Assembly (NCBI GenBank): GCA_963702095.1
Contig: OY969706.1
Location: forward strand, 736,001 to 800,000
Length of the DNA: 64,000 nt
Source of the DNA: Candidatus Bathyarchaeota archaeon
GTDB taxonomy: Archaea > Thermoproteota > Bathyarchaeia > Bathyarchaeales > Bathycorpusculaceae
Direction of reading: 5' to 3'
This document shows positions 27,348-38,642 of this stretch, piece by piece. Numbering within the stretch: the first letter of the stretch is position 1; every line of letters begins with the position of its first letter. Both the position numbers and the translations under genes were made by a program. Below the pieces are notes generated by a model. The model saw nothing but the letters and a program-made list of their open reading frames with translations. It searched no databases and had not been told where the DNA came from.

Positions 27348-29872
27348 ATGGAATCGATAAATTTGTTTAATGGAAACATAACCAAGACGACAATTACAGT
27401 GCTTTTGATGTTAACTATTGCTGTCTCAATGGTCGCTCTACAACCAATCGACACTGCACAAGCCGCAGAATACCTTAACCCTGCCGACATAGCAGTCGAA
27501 CCAAACCCAGTAGGCATAGGACAAAGCGTACTAGTAACCTTCTTTTTAGTCAACCCCACACCAAACGCAGTCGCCGGCTTTAATCCCGACAAAAACTGGA
27601 ACAACTTCAAACTAACAATAACCACCCCAAGCGGAAAGACCCAAACCTATGGACCATACACATCCGATGCAAGCGGCGGCAACTACATGTCATACATACC
27701 AGAAGAAGTTGGCAACTACACATTCTTCTTCTCATTCCCCGGACAGACAATAGGTAGCGACTACTACAAACCTGCAAACGCAACCACCACCCTAACCGTA
27801 CAAGAAGAACCAATCAAAGAATACCAAACACCCGCAATACCAACCGAATACTGGACACGCCCCATCTACGGCGAAAACAGAGGATGGTACACAATAGGCG
27901 GAAACTGGCTCAGAGGCTTCTACAACAACACAGTGAAATTCAACCCATACACCACCGCCCCAAACACCGCTCACATCGTATGGACAAAACAACAATACAT
28001 GGCAGGCATCGTTGGAGGAGCCAACTTTGATGAATCAGGCAACGCATTAACCTACTACCAAGGACCAATCTACCAAAACTACTTCGTCCCACCCCTAATA
28101 ATCAGCGGAAGACTCTACTACATGGAAAGAGACGTCGCCGGCAACGGCTTCACCGGATTACACTGTGTCGACATACGAACGGGTAAACAACTATGGTTCC
28201 AAGATGTTTCGGTAATAGGAGCCACAACCAGTCTCTACGGCCAAATATTCAACGCTAACGGAGCAAACGGCGCAGGCACAGAGGCTTTCATATGGAGCAT
28301 AACTGGCGTAAACTGGACAGTCTTCGACGCAAACACAGGACGACAATTATATACAGTAACTAACGTTACACAAGGAACTGGGACAGTTTCAGGACCACAA
28401 TTACTCAATTGTGAAGTAGACTCAATGGGTTCGATAATCGCTTACTATATAGATGGAACAAACAACTGGCTATTAAAATGGAATTCAACCCTAATGCTAA
28501 GCGCATATGCAGGCAATCTTGCAATGAACATATACTCGCCGCCAGTGGGACAGACAATCGATTGGAAAAAAGGCATAGAATGGAACGTAACAATAACCCC
28601 AAGAGACGGCATACTAAGCTTCGGGCTCACTGGATCACCTGGTAGCAACAACGGAATCACATACACCGATGGAAATGTCCTCTTCGCAGCAACAGCAAGC
28701 ATAAACACCCCTGTAAACAACTTTACAATGGTAGCCTACAGCTGTGAAACTGGACGTGAATTGTGGTACAGCAACTTCACCGACGTATTCACACCTGGAT
28801 CAACCAACTTTGAATTCTTGGCCCACTCTATGATGGCGTAGTAACCATATACAATCGAAACATGAAACAATGGTACGGCTATAACGAGTACACGGGGGCA
28901 CAATTATGGGGACCAACAGAAGCCTACGATTATGCATGGGACGCATTCACATCTAGCACCTGTGGCTATGGCAAACTCTTCGTCGGAACCTATGCAGGCA
29001 ACATCTACTGCCACGACTTAAAGAACGGTTCTTTGCTATGGACATATAATCTCCCATCCAGCGGGTATGCCACTCCCTACGGTGGATATCCCCTTATGGG
29101 CGGTATTACTGTCGCTGACGGAAAAATCTATGCAGCCACAGGTGAACACACACCCAATTCGCCCTATTGGCTTGGCGCCGCAATGTACTGCATAAACGCA
29201 TCTACCGGCGAGTTAATATACAAAATGCCCGGCTGGTGGAGCAGCAGCCCATTCATCGCAGATGGCTACGCACTTGACGAAAACTGTTATGATGGAACCA
29301 TCTACTCTTTTGGCAAAGGACAGACCGCTGTCACAGTCTCAGCACCCGACACCGCAATAACTCTTGGACAGAACATCGTAATCAAGGGCACAGTTATGGA
29401 CAAATCCCCAGGCGCAACGGATTACGCCGGCAATCAGCTCAATACAGAAGACTCACCAGCGATAGCTGATGAATTCATGACACAGTGGATGGAGTACCTC
29501 TATCAGCAGAAGCCCCTGCCAACCAACGCTACAGGCGTGCCCGTCTCTATTGACGTCATTGACGGCAATGGCAACTTCCGCAACATTGGCAGCACCACAA
29601 GCGACGCCACAGGCGCCTACAGCTACGTATGGCAACCTGACATCCCCGGCAAATACACCCTCACCGCATCTTTCGCTGGCTCAGAATCCTACTACAGTTC
29701 AGTTGCTGAAACCGCTTTCGCCGTCACTGAAGCTCCTTCAAAACCCCAACCGACCGAGTTGCCGCAATCTACAGCTGACCTCTACTTTGTGCCTGCAGTC
29801 GTTGGCATTATCATCGCTATTGTCATCGTCGGCGCTTTGCTGGCATTGCTGCTGCTAAGAAAACACCCATAA
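27348..29872 (+). CDS. Large PQQ-like beta-propeller surface protein (one gene split by a 1-nt frameshift near 28818)
   Basis: Signal peptide, PNPVGIGQ, EYWTRPI, APNTAHIVWTK, repeated D..TG.QLW, C-terminal TM; adding one T at TTCTTGGCCC fuses ORFs 27348..28841 and 28862..29872. Confidence 0.85.
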
Positions 29873-30117
29873 AACGCCAAAAACCAAGTTCCTTCCCCTT
29901 TTTTTGGGCAGACAAATGCATTGAAAAACATGGGCTGAGTGGGCTCTGGATGGAAAATTGAAATGATCGCGGTTGAAGAATGGTTTGTTGCATTTTCCAT
30001 TCTTTTCTCCTTTAGTTGGGTCCAGAGCCCCAGCAAACCCCGTATGTGAACAACCGTTAATCCCATAATTTTTCCCTTGTTTACCATAGCTCTAAACCGA
30101 TTCGGGCTCAAATCTCT

Positions 30118-30280
30118 ATGAGTTCAACCACCGTCAAATCAACAACTTCTCCCAAAGGCAGATCAAGGAAAAATACACTACAGAACGCACAATAAAAAAC
30201 GGCGTCCAAGTTACTCTTCGACCCATTGAATGCACCGATCAAGCGCTCTTAAAGACGTTTTTAGGTCGCTATCTCCAGCC
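30118..30280 (+). pseudogene. Fragment of a GNAT-type acetyltransferase N-terminus
   Basis: EKYTTERTIKNGVQVTLRPIECTDQALLK / VFRSLSP resembles the LKDG..V.LRPI...D...L..LF.SLS start of GNAT domains; frameshifted and truncated. Confidence 0.5.
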
Positions 30281-30371
30281 AGACAGGAAGGGGTTGAAAG
30301 TGAAGTCAACCGACGGCGGAATAATAGAGACGACTCTATCCCTCACATAGGCAGAGCCATTAACCCAGCCG

Positions 30372-30614
30372 CTAAAGCCCTTTTTCTTGTTTGCTTAGCC
30401 ACTGATCAAGTGCCTCGAGTTGCTGGTCCCGCTGCTCCTGAGTTTCCTGGCGGTTCATGGCTTCTTCGAGGTGATGCTGTCCCAATTCTTGGCGGCGAAG
30501 TTCCTCTTGGTATTTATCTTTCAAAATTCCAAGCCTCCATTTGATGATGGGCAGAACGGGTGATTTATGAGTTTTTAGGAGATGCCGCATTATGCCAGTA
30601 GCATCCTGTCCCAA
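30372..30614 (-). CDS. Small coiled-coil hypothetical protein
   Basis: E/Q/L-rich 80 aa directly downstream of the polyferredoxin gene, same strand. Confidence 0.5.
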   Translation of the reverse strand: MGQDATGIMRHLLKTHKSPVLPIIKWRLGILKDKYQEELRRQELGQHHLEEAMNRQETQEQRDQQLEALDQWLSKQEKGL

Positions 30615-30635
30615 GGCAAACCAGTACTTGCCCGA

Positions 30636-31883
30636 TCAATCTGCCTGCGTGGGTGATGCTTTGTTTTCCGGCAGCCAATTCCGAGACTCCGCCAATGTCT
30701 TACCAGCAAACGTCAACTTCAACGCGCCCTCATAGGGGCATATTTCCACGCATCGAGCACAAAGCATACAGCGGGATTCAGTTACGTCGCCGCCTTTTTT
30801 CTCATACATCGCCGTTGCCTGTGTGGGGCAGACCCGTTTGCAGACACCGCATTTTGTGCATTTTTCCTCGTTTTTTATCAGCTTTGTTAGTGCAATCTGT
30901 TTAAACGGTGTGAAAGAGCTACATAGTGCCGTTAAAGCGCCAAGGGGGCAGATGCGGCACCAGAACCGCCGATACGCCAACGCCACAATCGTCACTGCGA
31001 TGAGAACTGCAACGTTGATGGAAGTCAAGTAGAATCCGCCGATCCATAAGGGTCCATACGCTATTTGAGAAACATAACTGTACTTCATGGCGCCGACGGC
31101 GCACTCCGCTAAAATGCACAGGGGACGAGCAGGACAGATGAGGCAGAAGGGTTCGTTGACATAGCTTACGATGCCTGCTTCGGTGCCTTCGGGACCGCCA
31201 GGTATGGTGCCGGGGATGAGTTCGGTGCCGAAAATCGCGTAGGAAGCGAAAACTACGCTTAGAATCAGAAATACGGCAATTATGATGTAGCGGGATTGTC
31301 CTAACTTAGCGCTGGTTTTATCAGAGAAACTTAAGTGTTTAAGACGTGTGGCTTTTCGGATACGGGTTAACAGGTCTTGGTATAACCCGAATGGGCAGAG
31401 CCAACCGCAGAATGCGCGGCCCAAAATAATCGCCGACGCAGCCAACAACCCTATCACGATGCCGATCTTCTCTAACCCTGAAGTTGAATAGAACACTTCG
31501 TAGCCTCGGGGGTAATTCCAGAACGGGAAAATGTATGCCTGTAACTGCCAAATGGGGCAAGTCACGGTGCGACCGTTTGGGTAATAGCATGCTAGGATGG
31601 GAATAGATATGCCGTCGGGAAACTGGTTGCCTAAGACGTCGGCGCCTATGAGGTGGTCACGTGGAGATGGTCCAAGCGGCGCAAACAGCGGCGTGTTGAA
31701 TGGACCAAGGAGTAATCCCATGAATACGGCGAAGACGGCGGCGACTTGGATGAAGAGGCGTAGGGTGCTGATTTTGCGGGTTTTATCTTTGGATAGTTTG
31801 AGGATGAGGATGACGCCGATGACGACGATTGCTATGTAGATGGGGACGACGAGTAGCGGTGAGTTTTCGGTTACGACGGACAA
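30636..31883 (-). CDS. Membrane-bound 4Fe-4S polyferredoxin (NapH/MauN-like)
   Basis: GRAFCGWLCPFG, RFWCRICPLG, CTKCGVCKRVCP, CMLCARCVEICP; multiple TMs. Confidence 0.92.
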   Translation of the reverse strand: MSVVTENSPLLVVPIYIAIVVIGVILILKLSKDKTRKISTLRLFIQVAAVFAVFMGLLLGPFNTPLFAPLGPSPRDHLIGADVLGNQFPDGISIPILACYYPNGRTVTCPIWQLQAYIFPFWNYPRGYEVFYSTSGLEKIGIVIGLLAASAIILGRAFCGWLCPFGLYQDLLTRIRKATRLKHLSFSDKTSAKLGQSRYIIIAVFLILSVVFASYAIFGTELIPGTIPGGPEGTEAGIVSYVNEPFCLICPARPLCILAECAVGAMKYSYVSQIAYGPLWIGGFYLTSINVAVLIAVTIVALAYRRFWCRICPLGALTALCSSFTPFKQIALTKLIKNEEKCTKCGVCKRVCPTQATAMYEKKGGDVTESRCMLCARCVEICPYEGALKLTFAGKTLAESRNWLPENKASPTQAD

Positions 31884-31889
31884 TCTTTT

Positions 31890-32552
31890 TTACCTCCGAG
31901 CTTTAAGGGCGATCAGAATTGCTGCTGCCAATACAGCGGCAACCACTCCCACAGTTATAAGGGCAACTGAATGCTGTAGATAAAACGGCAACCCACTCTC
32001 ATCGGGTATATCGAGTACAAAATGAAAAACCGTAACATTACCTGTCAAACCGTTCAAAACCACGGTATTATCCGGTTGAATGGTCCAGCCGTTTCCTTCG
32101 CTGAGGAAAATGGCTGGGGAAAGAATCACCATCCACTCGCTGCCTTGAGTGGATTTTGTCTGGTTGAGATTCAGGTTTACTCTTTGGACACCTTGACCCT
32201 GGGTGTCGTATCCGAGCACTTGGCTTCGACCTATAATGCCCGAAGGACGGTAATCGGTGATGGTTATGTTAGAGTTTTCGGTAGAAACGGTAAGGGCACC
32301 CCTGTATTGAGAGTCGTTGAGGGATAAGCCAGTGAAGGTCCATGAATTGTCTTGTAGGGTTGCGGTGTTGTAGGAGCCGTTGACTGCGAAGTTGATGGAG
32401 CCGTTGAGTGCTGGGATGCCGAATTCGTCGGTGGGAGTGAAGGTTGTGGCGGTTTGGGCTTTGGCGTTTTCTGTAAATGGGGCAAAAGCTAAGGATAGGA
32501 AAACAATCGTTACCAGCCCGATCTGGACTGGTTTATGTTTGATAGATGTCAA
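31890..32552 (-). CDS. Secreted membrane-anchored protein
   Basis: Signal peptide, beta-rich N/T/S body, C-terminal TM plus KARR. Confidence 0.8.
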   Translation of the reverse strand: MTSIKHKPVQIGLVTIVFLSLAFAPFTENAKAQTATTFTPTDEFGIPALNGSINFAVNGSYNTATLQDNSWTFTGLSLNDSQYRGALTVSTENSNITITDYRPSGIIGRSQVLGYDTQGQGVQRVNLNLNQTKSTQGSEWMVILSPAIFLSEGNGWTIQPDNTVVLNGLTGNVTVFHFVLDIPDESGLPFYLQHSVALITVGVVAAVLAAAILIALKARR

Positions 32553-32640
32553 AGCCTGCCCCTTTAAAGAGGATGTTATGGTAGTTCAGGCTATAAGGCT
32601 TTTCAAAAACCGCTTTTGCTGAGCCAAAGTGGTTTTTAGG

Positions 32641-33318
32641 TTAGATGTTGAAGTCTTTTCCTGAATCTGGTTGTTCCTCTGGCTGTGGCGTCTCAGATTT
32701 TTGGGTTGGTTGCACTGTTTGCTTTGGCGCAGACCGCTTTCTACGCATCATCAACACAACTATCAACAGGATAACAAGGACAACGACTGCAGCGCTGACT
32801 ACCCCATAGAGCAGCCAATTGGAGCCTGCTGGGGTTTGTGTGTCGCCGCCACTGGGATTCACTGTTGGGGTGGCTGTGTTTGAACCGGGCGGTAAAAACG
32901 TTATTGTAGCTTGGTCCGACGTCCATATAACTTCTGCGCCAGTTGAATCTACACCATTGACGCCGACGAAGTATGTGTGTGTGCCTATATCCCCTGTGAT
33001 TGGGATTTGGATGTCACCGGTCATGTATGATCCTGAACTAGGAACAGTAACTGGGTTCTCGGGCGAGAAACTTGGACCGTAATAGCGGTCTGTTGGCATC
33101 CAATCTCCGTGGACGCCGATATTGGTGATTTGAATTTGGTTTTGGCTGCTGCTTTGGAAGTTGATTTTAACAGTGACTAGATCACCTACGCTTGGCGTGT
33201 GGTTTGACCAGAAAACATCAGCTGTTGCCTCGTTTTGTTCTAGGGCAGATACGAGGGTTATGGAAACAGAAATTAAAGCGATAACTGCGATAGCAGTTGC
33301 GATTTTTAGTGCCTTCAC
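32641..33318 (-). CDS. Secreted membrane-anchored Ig-like protein
   Basis: Signal peptide, P/T linker, TM followed by RRKR and a Q/P/E tail. Confidence 0.8.
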   Translation of the reverse strand: MKALKIATAIAVIALISVSITLVSALEQNEATADVFWSNHTPSVGDLVTVKINFQSSSQNQIQITNIGVHGDWMPTDRYYGPSFSPENPVTVPSSGSYMTGDIQIPITGDIGTHTYFVGVNGVDSTGAEVIWTSDQATITFLPPGSNTATPTVNPSGGDTQTPAGSNWLLYGVVSAAVVVLVILLIVVLMMRRKRSAPKQTVQPTQKSETPQPEEQPDSGKDFNI

Positions 33319-33505
33319 ACTTGGTTCCTCAGGGTTATGGATTCATCTTGCTCTTAGTATATATTATTTTTCCAAGATTTCGCCTCAATACGGTTAAGCG
33401 TCCATGGAGCAGAAGCCTAAACAGGCTTAATCCATGCAGAAAGCAAAAATTCTGTTGCTCTAGCCACCTTCCCCTCCCGATTTGAAGTGTTAAATCGGTT
33501 TCTAT

Positions 33506-33610
33506 TTTTGTGTGGGTGTGGCGGTTTGTGGGGTGCCACAAGAAGGTTTGAGGGGGGGTTGCCTGCATGGCTCCATGTTGAAGCCGCCAGGGTGTGGGTG
33601 TGAAAGCATG
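33506..33610 (-). repeat. Dispersed intergenic element, copy 2 (internally deleted)
   Basis: Keeps the 5' CATG.TTTCACACCCACACCC...CATGGAGCCATG and 3' TTGTGGCACCCC.CAAACCGCCACACCCACA blocks; lacks the ~65-nt middle. Confidence 0.8.
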
Positions 33611-33684
33611 TTGAATAAACATGCCCTGCACCAAGAAACACTCAGAAAAAAAGAGGCATACCTGCCAAGTTTTAGCCTCTAAAA

Positions 33685-34383
33685 TCAGTAACCAGCTTCG
33701 GCTTGCGAAACAACCCTGCCCTCCTTAAGAAAAAGGGTACGATCTGCCTGATGATACGGAAACACTCCGTGGCTGACAACAACCACCGCAACTTTGGATT
33801 TACGGTTAAGCTCCACCAGTTTAGCCGTGATTTCCTTACCCGCCATCGGATCCATCTCGCCAGTGGGTTCATCCGCCAAAATCAAAACAGGATCCCTCAC
33901 AAGCGCCCTTGCAATGGCTACTTTTTGCTGTTGCCCCACGCTGAGTTCAAGCGGCAACATATTGGCTTTTTCTGCAAGCCCAAAAGACTCCAGCAGCGCC
34001 AAAGCTTTCTCAGCCATTTCTTTTTTGGAAAGCGATGAGTGAATCAGTGCTGACTCCACATTTTCAACAACTGTAAGCGAAGGCAGGAGGTTGAAGGTTT
34101 GGAAGATAAAACCGATTTTTTCTCGCCGCAAATCAGCTAATTCGCTGTTGGAGTAGTTTTTGAGGCTTTTTCCGTTGAAAAGAACTTCGCCGCAGGTGGG
34201 ATGGTCTAAAGCGCCGATGAGGTTGAGCAACGTGGTTTTTCCACTGCCCGAAGACCCCACGACCGCCAAAAATTCGCCTGAGCCAACTTCAAGGGTGACT
34301 GCGTTAAGAGCTTTTACTGAGGACCCGTTTTTTCTGGGGAAGGTTTTGGTTAGGTCAAGTGTTTGGATAAGCGGCGAGGACAT
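33685..34383 (-). CDS. ABC transporter ATP-binding protein (LolD/MacB-like)
   Basis: GSSGSGKTT, IGFIFQTFNLL, LSVGQQQKVAIARAL, ILADEPTG; start MSSPLI at 34383. Confidence 0.93.
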   Translation of the reverse strand: MSSPLIQTLDLTKTFPRKNGSSVKALNAVTLEVGSGEFLAVVGSSGSGKTTLLNLIGALDHPTCGEVLFNGKSLKNYSNSELADLRREKIGFIFQTFNLLPSLTVVENVESALIHSSLSKKEMAEKALALLESFGLAEKANMLPLELSVGQQQKVAIARALVRDPVLILADEPTGEMDPMAGKEITAKLVELNRKSKVAVVVVSHGVFPYHQADRTLFLKEGRVVSQAEAGY

Positions 34384-34384
34384 T

Positions 34385-35596
34385 TTAGAACCTCCTAAGT
34401 GCTTCGGCAGGCTGTAGTTTAGCTGCGCGCCAAGCGGGAAACACCCCTGCAACTACTCCAGCACAGATTGAAGCTGCAAATCCGAGAAGTAGCACCCAAG
34501 GAGAAATCGCGAGCACCAAATTCGTCAAAGGCAGCAGACCCAACAGGGGAATCAACAGAATAATTACTAGTCCAGCGACTATGCCTATGGCTCCTCCTAC
34601 AGTACCCTGTAGCAAGGATTCGACGAAGACTTGTTTGGTGACGTCGGAGTCTTTCCAGCCTATGGCTTTGAGGACGCCGATTTCTTTGGTGCGCTCAACC
34701 ACGGAGCCAAACTGGGACCTCAAAGAGAACAATGTAATGCAGACAATCAAAATGATCGATATTGCCCATGCACTCTGCTCGTTAATCGCGACGACGCCTC
34801 GGGCGATGAAGCCGCATTGGTAACCGACCAAAGCGCCTGTTTGCCCAGCAAACGATTGCAAAGCATCCAAAGCTGAATTCTGAACAGTGGCGATGTATTG
34901 GGCGTCTCCTGTGGCGGCGATTTCCACGAGCACAACGTTGATGTCGCGGACGGCGAAGTTGTAGAGTTGCCCATAGTGACGTGCAATATCCTGCACAGTT
35001 GGCAGCGGAGCGTAGATGTTGGCTGTGCCCGCGGGTCTGCTGTGTAGCGCTGGGTTTACGATGCCGATTACAGTGAAGTCGTGGTTGAAGGCTGATAAGT
35101 GGTCTTCGACTTTAATGTCAGCTATTTGCGCGTAAATTGAGTCGACCATAACTGAGTCCGAATCATTTTCTGTTAGGTAACGGCCTTCTACCACCTCATT
35201 GGGTGCGACGACGTTGGTGCGGGTGGCTTGGGCGGTGGCGTTTATTCCGCAGATAGTTAGGTTTTCGAGCCTAAACATGAGGCATGGAGCAGCATCTGCA
35301 ACGCCGGGCAACCCGCGGATTGTTTCCACGATGGTGGTGTTGTAGGTGGGTGTGTAGGTGTTTTTGAAGACGGGTCCGACTTCGCCGAATTGGCAGGGGC
35401 AAGTCTGTGAAACGGGAATGTATACTGCGAAGTGTGTGCCTATGCCGTTTAGGGTGCCTTCTGCTACCCAGTTGTAGGCGCCTGCAAGCGTGACCGCCAC
35501 CACCAGAAAAGCTATCGCTATACTGTAGCCAACTATGTTGGCTGCACTGCGCAGTTTTCGGCGTCTAATCTCTTTTAGAGCGTACTGCCTAATCAT
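34385..35596 (-). CDS. ABC permease, FtsX/MacB family
   Basis: ERTKEIGVLKAIGW, FPAWRAAKLQPAEALR; large extracytoplasmic loop. Confidence 0.93.
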   Translation of the reverse strand: MIRQYALKEIRRRKLRSAANIVGYSIAIAFLVVAVTLAGAYNWVAEGTLNGIGTHFAVYIPVSQTCPCQFGEVGPVFKNTYTPTYNTTIVETIRGLPGVADAAPCLMFRLENLTICGINATAQATRTNVVAPNEVVEGRYLTENDSDSVMVDSIYAQIADIKVEDHLSAFNHDFTVIGIVNPALHSRPAGTANIYAPLPTVQDIARHYGQLYNFAVRDINVVLVEIAATGDAQYIATVQNSALDALQSFAGQTGALVGYQCGFIARGVVAINEQSAWAISIILIVCITLFSLRSQFGSVVERTKEIGVLKAIGWKDSDVTKQVFVESLLQGTVGGAIGIVAGLVIILLIPLLGLLPLTNLVLAISPWVLLLGFAASICAGVVAGVFPAWRAAKLQPAEALRRF

Positions 35597-35624
35597 CGGT
35601 CACCCATCCCCTCATGCATGCAAA

Positions 35625-37100
35625 TTATCGCCGTTTTCTCAGCAGCAAAACCGCAGCCGCCACCGCAACCACCGCTACAGCCCCCGTGCCAGCAGCCACC
35701 AACGGCAAAAACCCAAACGCCCCCGCAGTTGACGGCAAATTCCAAAGTCTTAGGTCAGGGTCGCATAAGGTGCCGTTTTCTATGCAGCCAATCGTAACTA
35801 TGTCCATGGTTCCGTCTTCGTTGAGGTCACTTGTGCCAACTACCCAAGCCATCGCCGCGTCGCCGAAAATCCAATCTTTCGACTGCAAAAGCGTTATCGT
35901 GTTTCCCTCGTAGCCGAAGACTTTGAGTTCTGCCCTCGATTTTCCAGGGGCGTTTGGAGCCCAGCTGCCATAGCCGGAGGTGCCTCCGCCCACAATGATT
36001 TCCTGTTTACCGTCGCCGTTAACGTCGCCGATGGCTATGGACGTGGGCTGTGTGATGTCTAGATTAGTCCACTCTTGGCTAGCCTCCAAGTTTAGCGCGT
36101 CAGAGGTCCAATTGTAGATTCTTAGTTGCCCCTGCGCTTGGTTGCCGTTGTAGGTGAATCCGCTGGTTACGATTTCGGGGGTTCCGTCGCCGTCTACGTC
36201 AGCGACTTTCACGTTGTTGGCTAAAGTGTTGCCCATTACGTTGCCGGCAACATCGGGCGAGTAGGCGCCGTCCACAGTGTACCATTCAGTGTTAGACTTC
36301 AGGTTGATGGTGGCACCGTCGAATTGCCAGACCCTCAGTTGTCCATGGCTGTTGTTGAGGAAATTCGTGTACCCAGCCGATATGATCTCGGCTTTACCAT
36401 CGTTGTTCAAGTCATAAGCATACACTGCGTTTGCACGGGCATAATCGCCTGAATCCCAGTTCACAGTTGCGATTTTAGTTAAGCTGCCCTCAGTCATTCG
36501 GAATATTGAAAGCTGCGCAACCGCATTCTGATTGTTGAATAAGGAGGAGCTTGTTGCAACTATTTCGGGTTTTCCATCGCCATCCACATCCCCAACCGAC
36601 ACGGTCCCCATGTAGGTGCCTTCATAGCTTGCTTTAAGCGTCAAATCATGTCCATCCCAACTCCAAACCCTGAGAGAATAAAACGTGCCTGAATCGTTTC
36701 TGACGGGACCCGTGGTGAGGATTTCGGTTTTGCCGTCTCCATCAGCATCCGCCGCGTAGGTGCAGCTGATACTTCCTGTCCAAGTGAGGTTTGCTTCAAG
36801 GTTAAGGTTGGTTCCATCCCAATTCCAAATTTTAAAAGGCGCCCAAAAGGAATTTTGGTTGTATTCAGTGTATGCAAAGCCGCCCGTCGCTATCTCTGGG
36901 ACATCGTCGCCGTCGAAATCGGCTATGGCCATATTGTTGCCTCCGGGGATGCAGGTGCCGCCGACACCATAGGTGTCCCAATGCGTTTCACTTTTTAGGA
37001 TGAAATCGTCGGATTGAGCGTTAACTGGGTTGAGGATTAAAGTGAGTGATAAACAGAGTAGAAAAGCCGCTAAACTGGCTATAGGGTACTTATTTTTCAA
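35625..37100 (-). CDS. FG-GAP/VCBS-repeat beta-propeller surface protein
   Basis: Seven D(F/A/V/L)(D/N)xDxxx(E/D)I repeats, signal peptide, C-terminal TM plus RKRR. Confidence 0.9.
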   Translation of the reverse strand: MKNKYPIASLAAFLLCLSLTLILNPVNAQSDDFILKSETHWDTYGVGGTCIPGGNNMAIADFDGDDVPEIATGGFAYTEYNQNSFWAPFKIWNWDGTNLNLEANLTWTGSISCTYAADADGDGKTEILTTGPVRNDSGTFYSLRVWSWDGHDLTLKASYEGTYMGTVSVGDVDGDGKPEIVATSSSLFNNQNAVAQLSIFRMTEGSLTKIATVNWDSGDYARANAVYAYDLNNDGKAEIISAGYTNFLNNSHGQLRVWQFDGATINLKSNTEWYTVDGAYSPDVAGNVMGNTLANNVKVADVDGDGTPEIVTSGFTYNGNQAQGQLRIYNWTSDALNLEASQEWTNLDITQPTSIAIGDVNGDGKQEIIVGGGTSGYGSWAPNAPGKSRAELKVFGYEGNTITLLQSKDWIFGDAAMAWVVGTSDLNEDGTMDIVTIGCIENGTLCDPDLRLWNLPSTAGAFGFLPLVAAGTGAVAVVAVAAAVLLLRKRR

Positions 37101-37204
37101 CGTTATTTCCCTATACTAGTATTTGCGGGGCGCATGGACTTATAAGCTTTTTTAAAATCTAGAAAACCCTATATTTTTTAGTGAAAAGAAAAAAATGTGG
37201 GCGT

Positions 37205-37759
37205 TTAAGTGATTATCAGCTTCTTTGTTTCCTTAGGCGTCTTCTTGGGTAAAGTAACCTCAAGCAGCCCGTCTTTCAACGCTGCATTCGCCTCGTCGGA
37301 ACGCACCATCTCAGGCAACTGGATCTTGCGGAAATAGGTCTGTGCTGCCCGTTCATGTCGTACATAGTTTTTGCGCTGTTCATCTTCTGCTTGGGAACGC
37401 TTCGCATTTATGGTAACAGCGTCATCGGTTACTTCTACTTGGACATCCTCTTTTTTGAATCCGGGCAAATCAACGGTTAAGCGGTAGTTTTTGCCTTGGT
37501 CTTCAATGTCAACTGAGGGCATTCCCGTAAACGGAGCCATGGATGCCCGTGCCCGGGAAGACATGTCTTTGCCGAATCTACTTGATATTCCCCAGAAATC
37601 CTCAAAGTCACGTTGGAAACGATTAAGCAACTTATCAAAGTCACTCATGTCTCTTGAGGCGTAGGGAATGACTTCTTCGGAGCCGCCTTTTTTGACTTCT
37701 TCAGCGGATTTTTCTTTGCCGCCATAATAATAATTCATTTTCTTTTTTTCTTCTGACAA
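37205..37759 (-). CDS. Small heat shock protein (Hsp20)
   Basis: VDIED...VDLPGFKKEDVQV...A.LKDGLLEVTLPK. Confidence 0.95.
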   Translation of the reverse strand: MSEEKKKMNYYYGGKEKSAEEVKKGGSEEVIPYASRDMSDFDKLLNRFQRDFEDFWGISSRFGKDMSSRARASMAPFTGMPSVDIEDQGKNYRLTVDLPGFKKEDVQVEVTDDAVTINAKRSQAEDEQRKNYVRHERAAQTYFRKIQLPEMVRSDEANAALKDGLLEVTLPKKTPKETKKLIIT

Positions 37760-37834
37760 AACAAGTCACCTATGTTTTATGGCGAGTCTACCCTTCGTTA
37801 ATTAATCTATGTGGCTGTCGCGTGCTAGCTACTT

Positions 37835-38578
37835 TTATGGCAACGTGTATCCGCCGTCGGATACGATGGTTTGTCCCGTGATAAAATTGGATTCGTCGCT
37901 GACCAAAAAAACCACGAGGTTTGCTACATCGGCTGGTTTACCCATACCGCCCAGTGGAATAACTCTAATCATCTGTGCCATCATGGCTTCGTCCGTTTGC
38001 ATACCACTAACATCGATGGGGCCCGGTGCAACCGCGTTGATGTTGATGCCGAATTGTGCCATGTCCAGCGCCACCGCTTTAGTGAAGCCTGCTATGGCTG
38101 CTTTGCTTGCGGAATAATGAACTAAGTTGGGAAAGGCAACTACTGGACCAGAAATTGACGATAAACTCACGATTTTACCGTATTTGCGCTCTATCATGCC
38201 GGGCAGAAACGTTTTGGTGCAGTGAAAGACGCCATATTGGTTGATGCGAATTACTTTATCCCAGTCGGCTTCGGTCATTTCCAAAAAAGGCTTCTGGGGA
38301 TAGATGCCTGCGTTGTTTACGAGTATGTCGATTTTTCCAAACTTTTCCAGCGCTTGCTTTTTGGCGTCTTCGACCTGCTGCAAGTTAGATACATCGCATT
38401 TAACTGCTAAAGACTTCACTTTGAACGCTTCTATTTCCCTAGCTACATCAGAAACTGCGTCCACAACATCGCTGACAACCACATCTGCGCCTGCACGGGC
38501 AAGCGTTGTGGCAATTTCTTTTCCGATGCCATGAGCGGCACCGGTAACAAAAGCAGTTTTACCTTTCAAATCAAACAT
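37835..38578 (-). CDS. Short-chain dehydrogenase/reductase (FabG-like)
   Basis: TGAAHGIG, NNAGI, YSASK, NAVAPGPI; start MFDLKGK at 38578. Confidence 0.93.
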   Translation of the reverse strand: MFDLKGKTAFVTGAAHGIGKEIATTLARAGADVVVSDVVDAVSDVAREIEAFKVKSLAVKCDVSNLQQVEDAKKQALEKFGKIDILVNNAGIYPQKPFLEMTEADWDKVIRINQYGVFHCTKTFLPGMIERKYGKIVSLSSISGPVVAFPNLVHYSASKAAIAGFTKAVALDMAQFGININAVAPGPIDVSGMQTDEAMMAQMIRVIPLGGMGKPADVANLVVFLVSDESNFITGQTIVSDGGYTLP

Positions 38579-38642
38579 AAAAACCCTCAGATAATTTAAC
38601 AGATAAGTGAATATTTGAATTTTTCCCAACAACAAACCGCTG

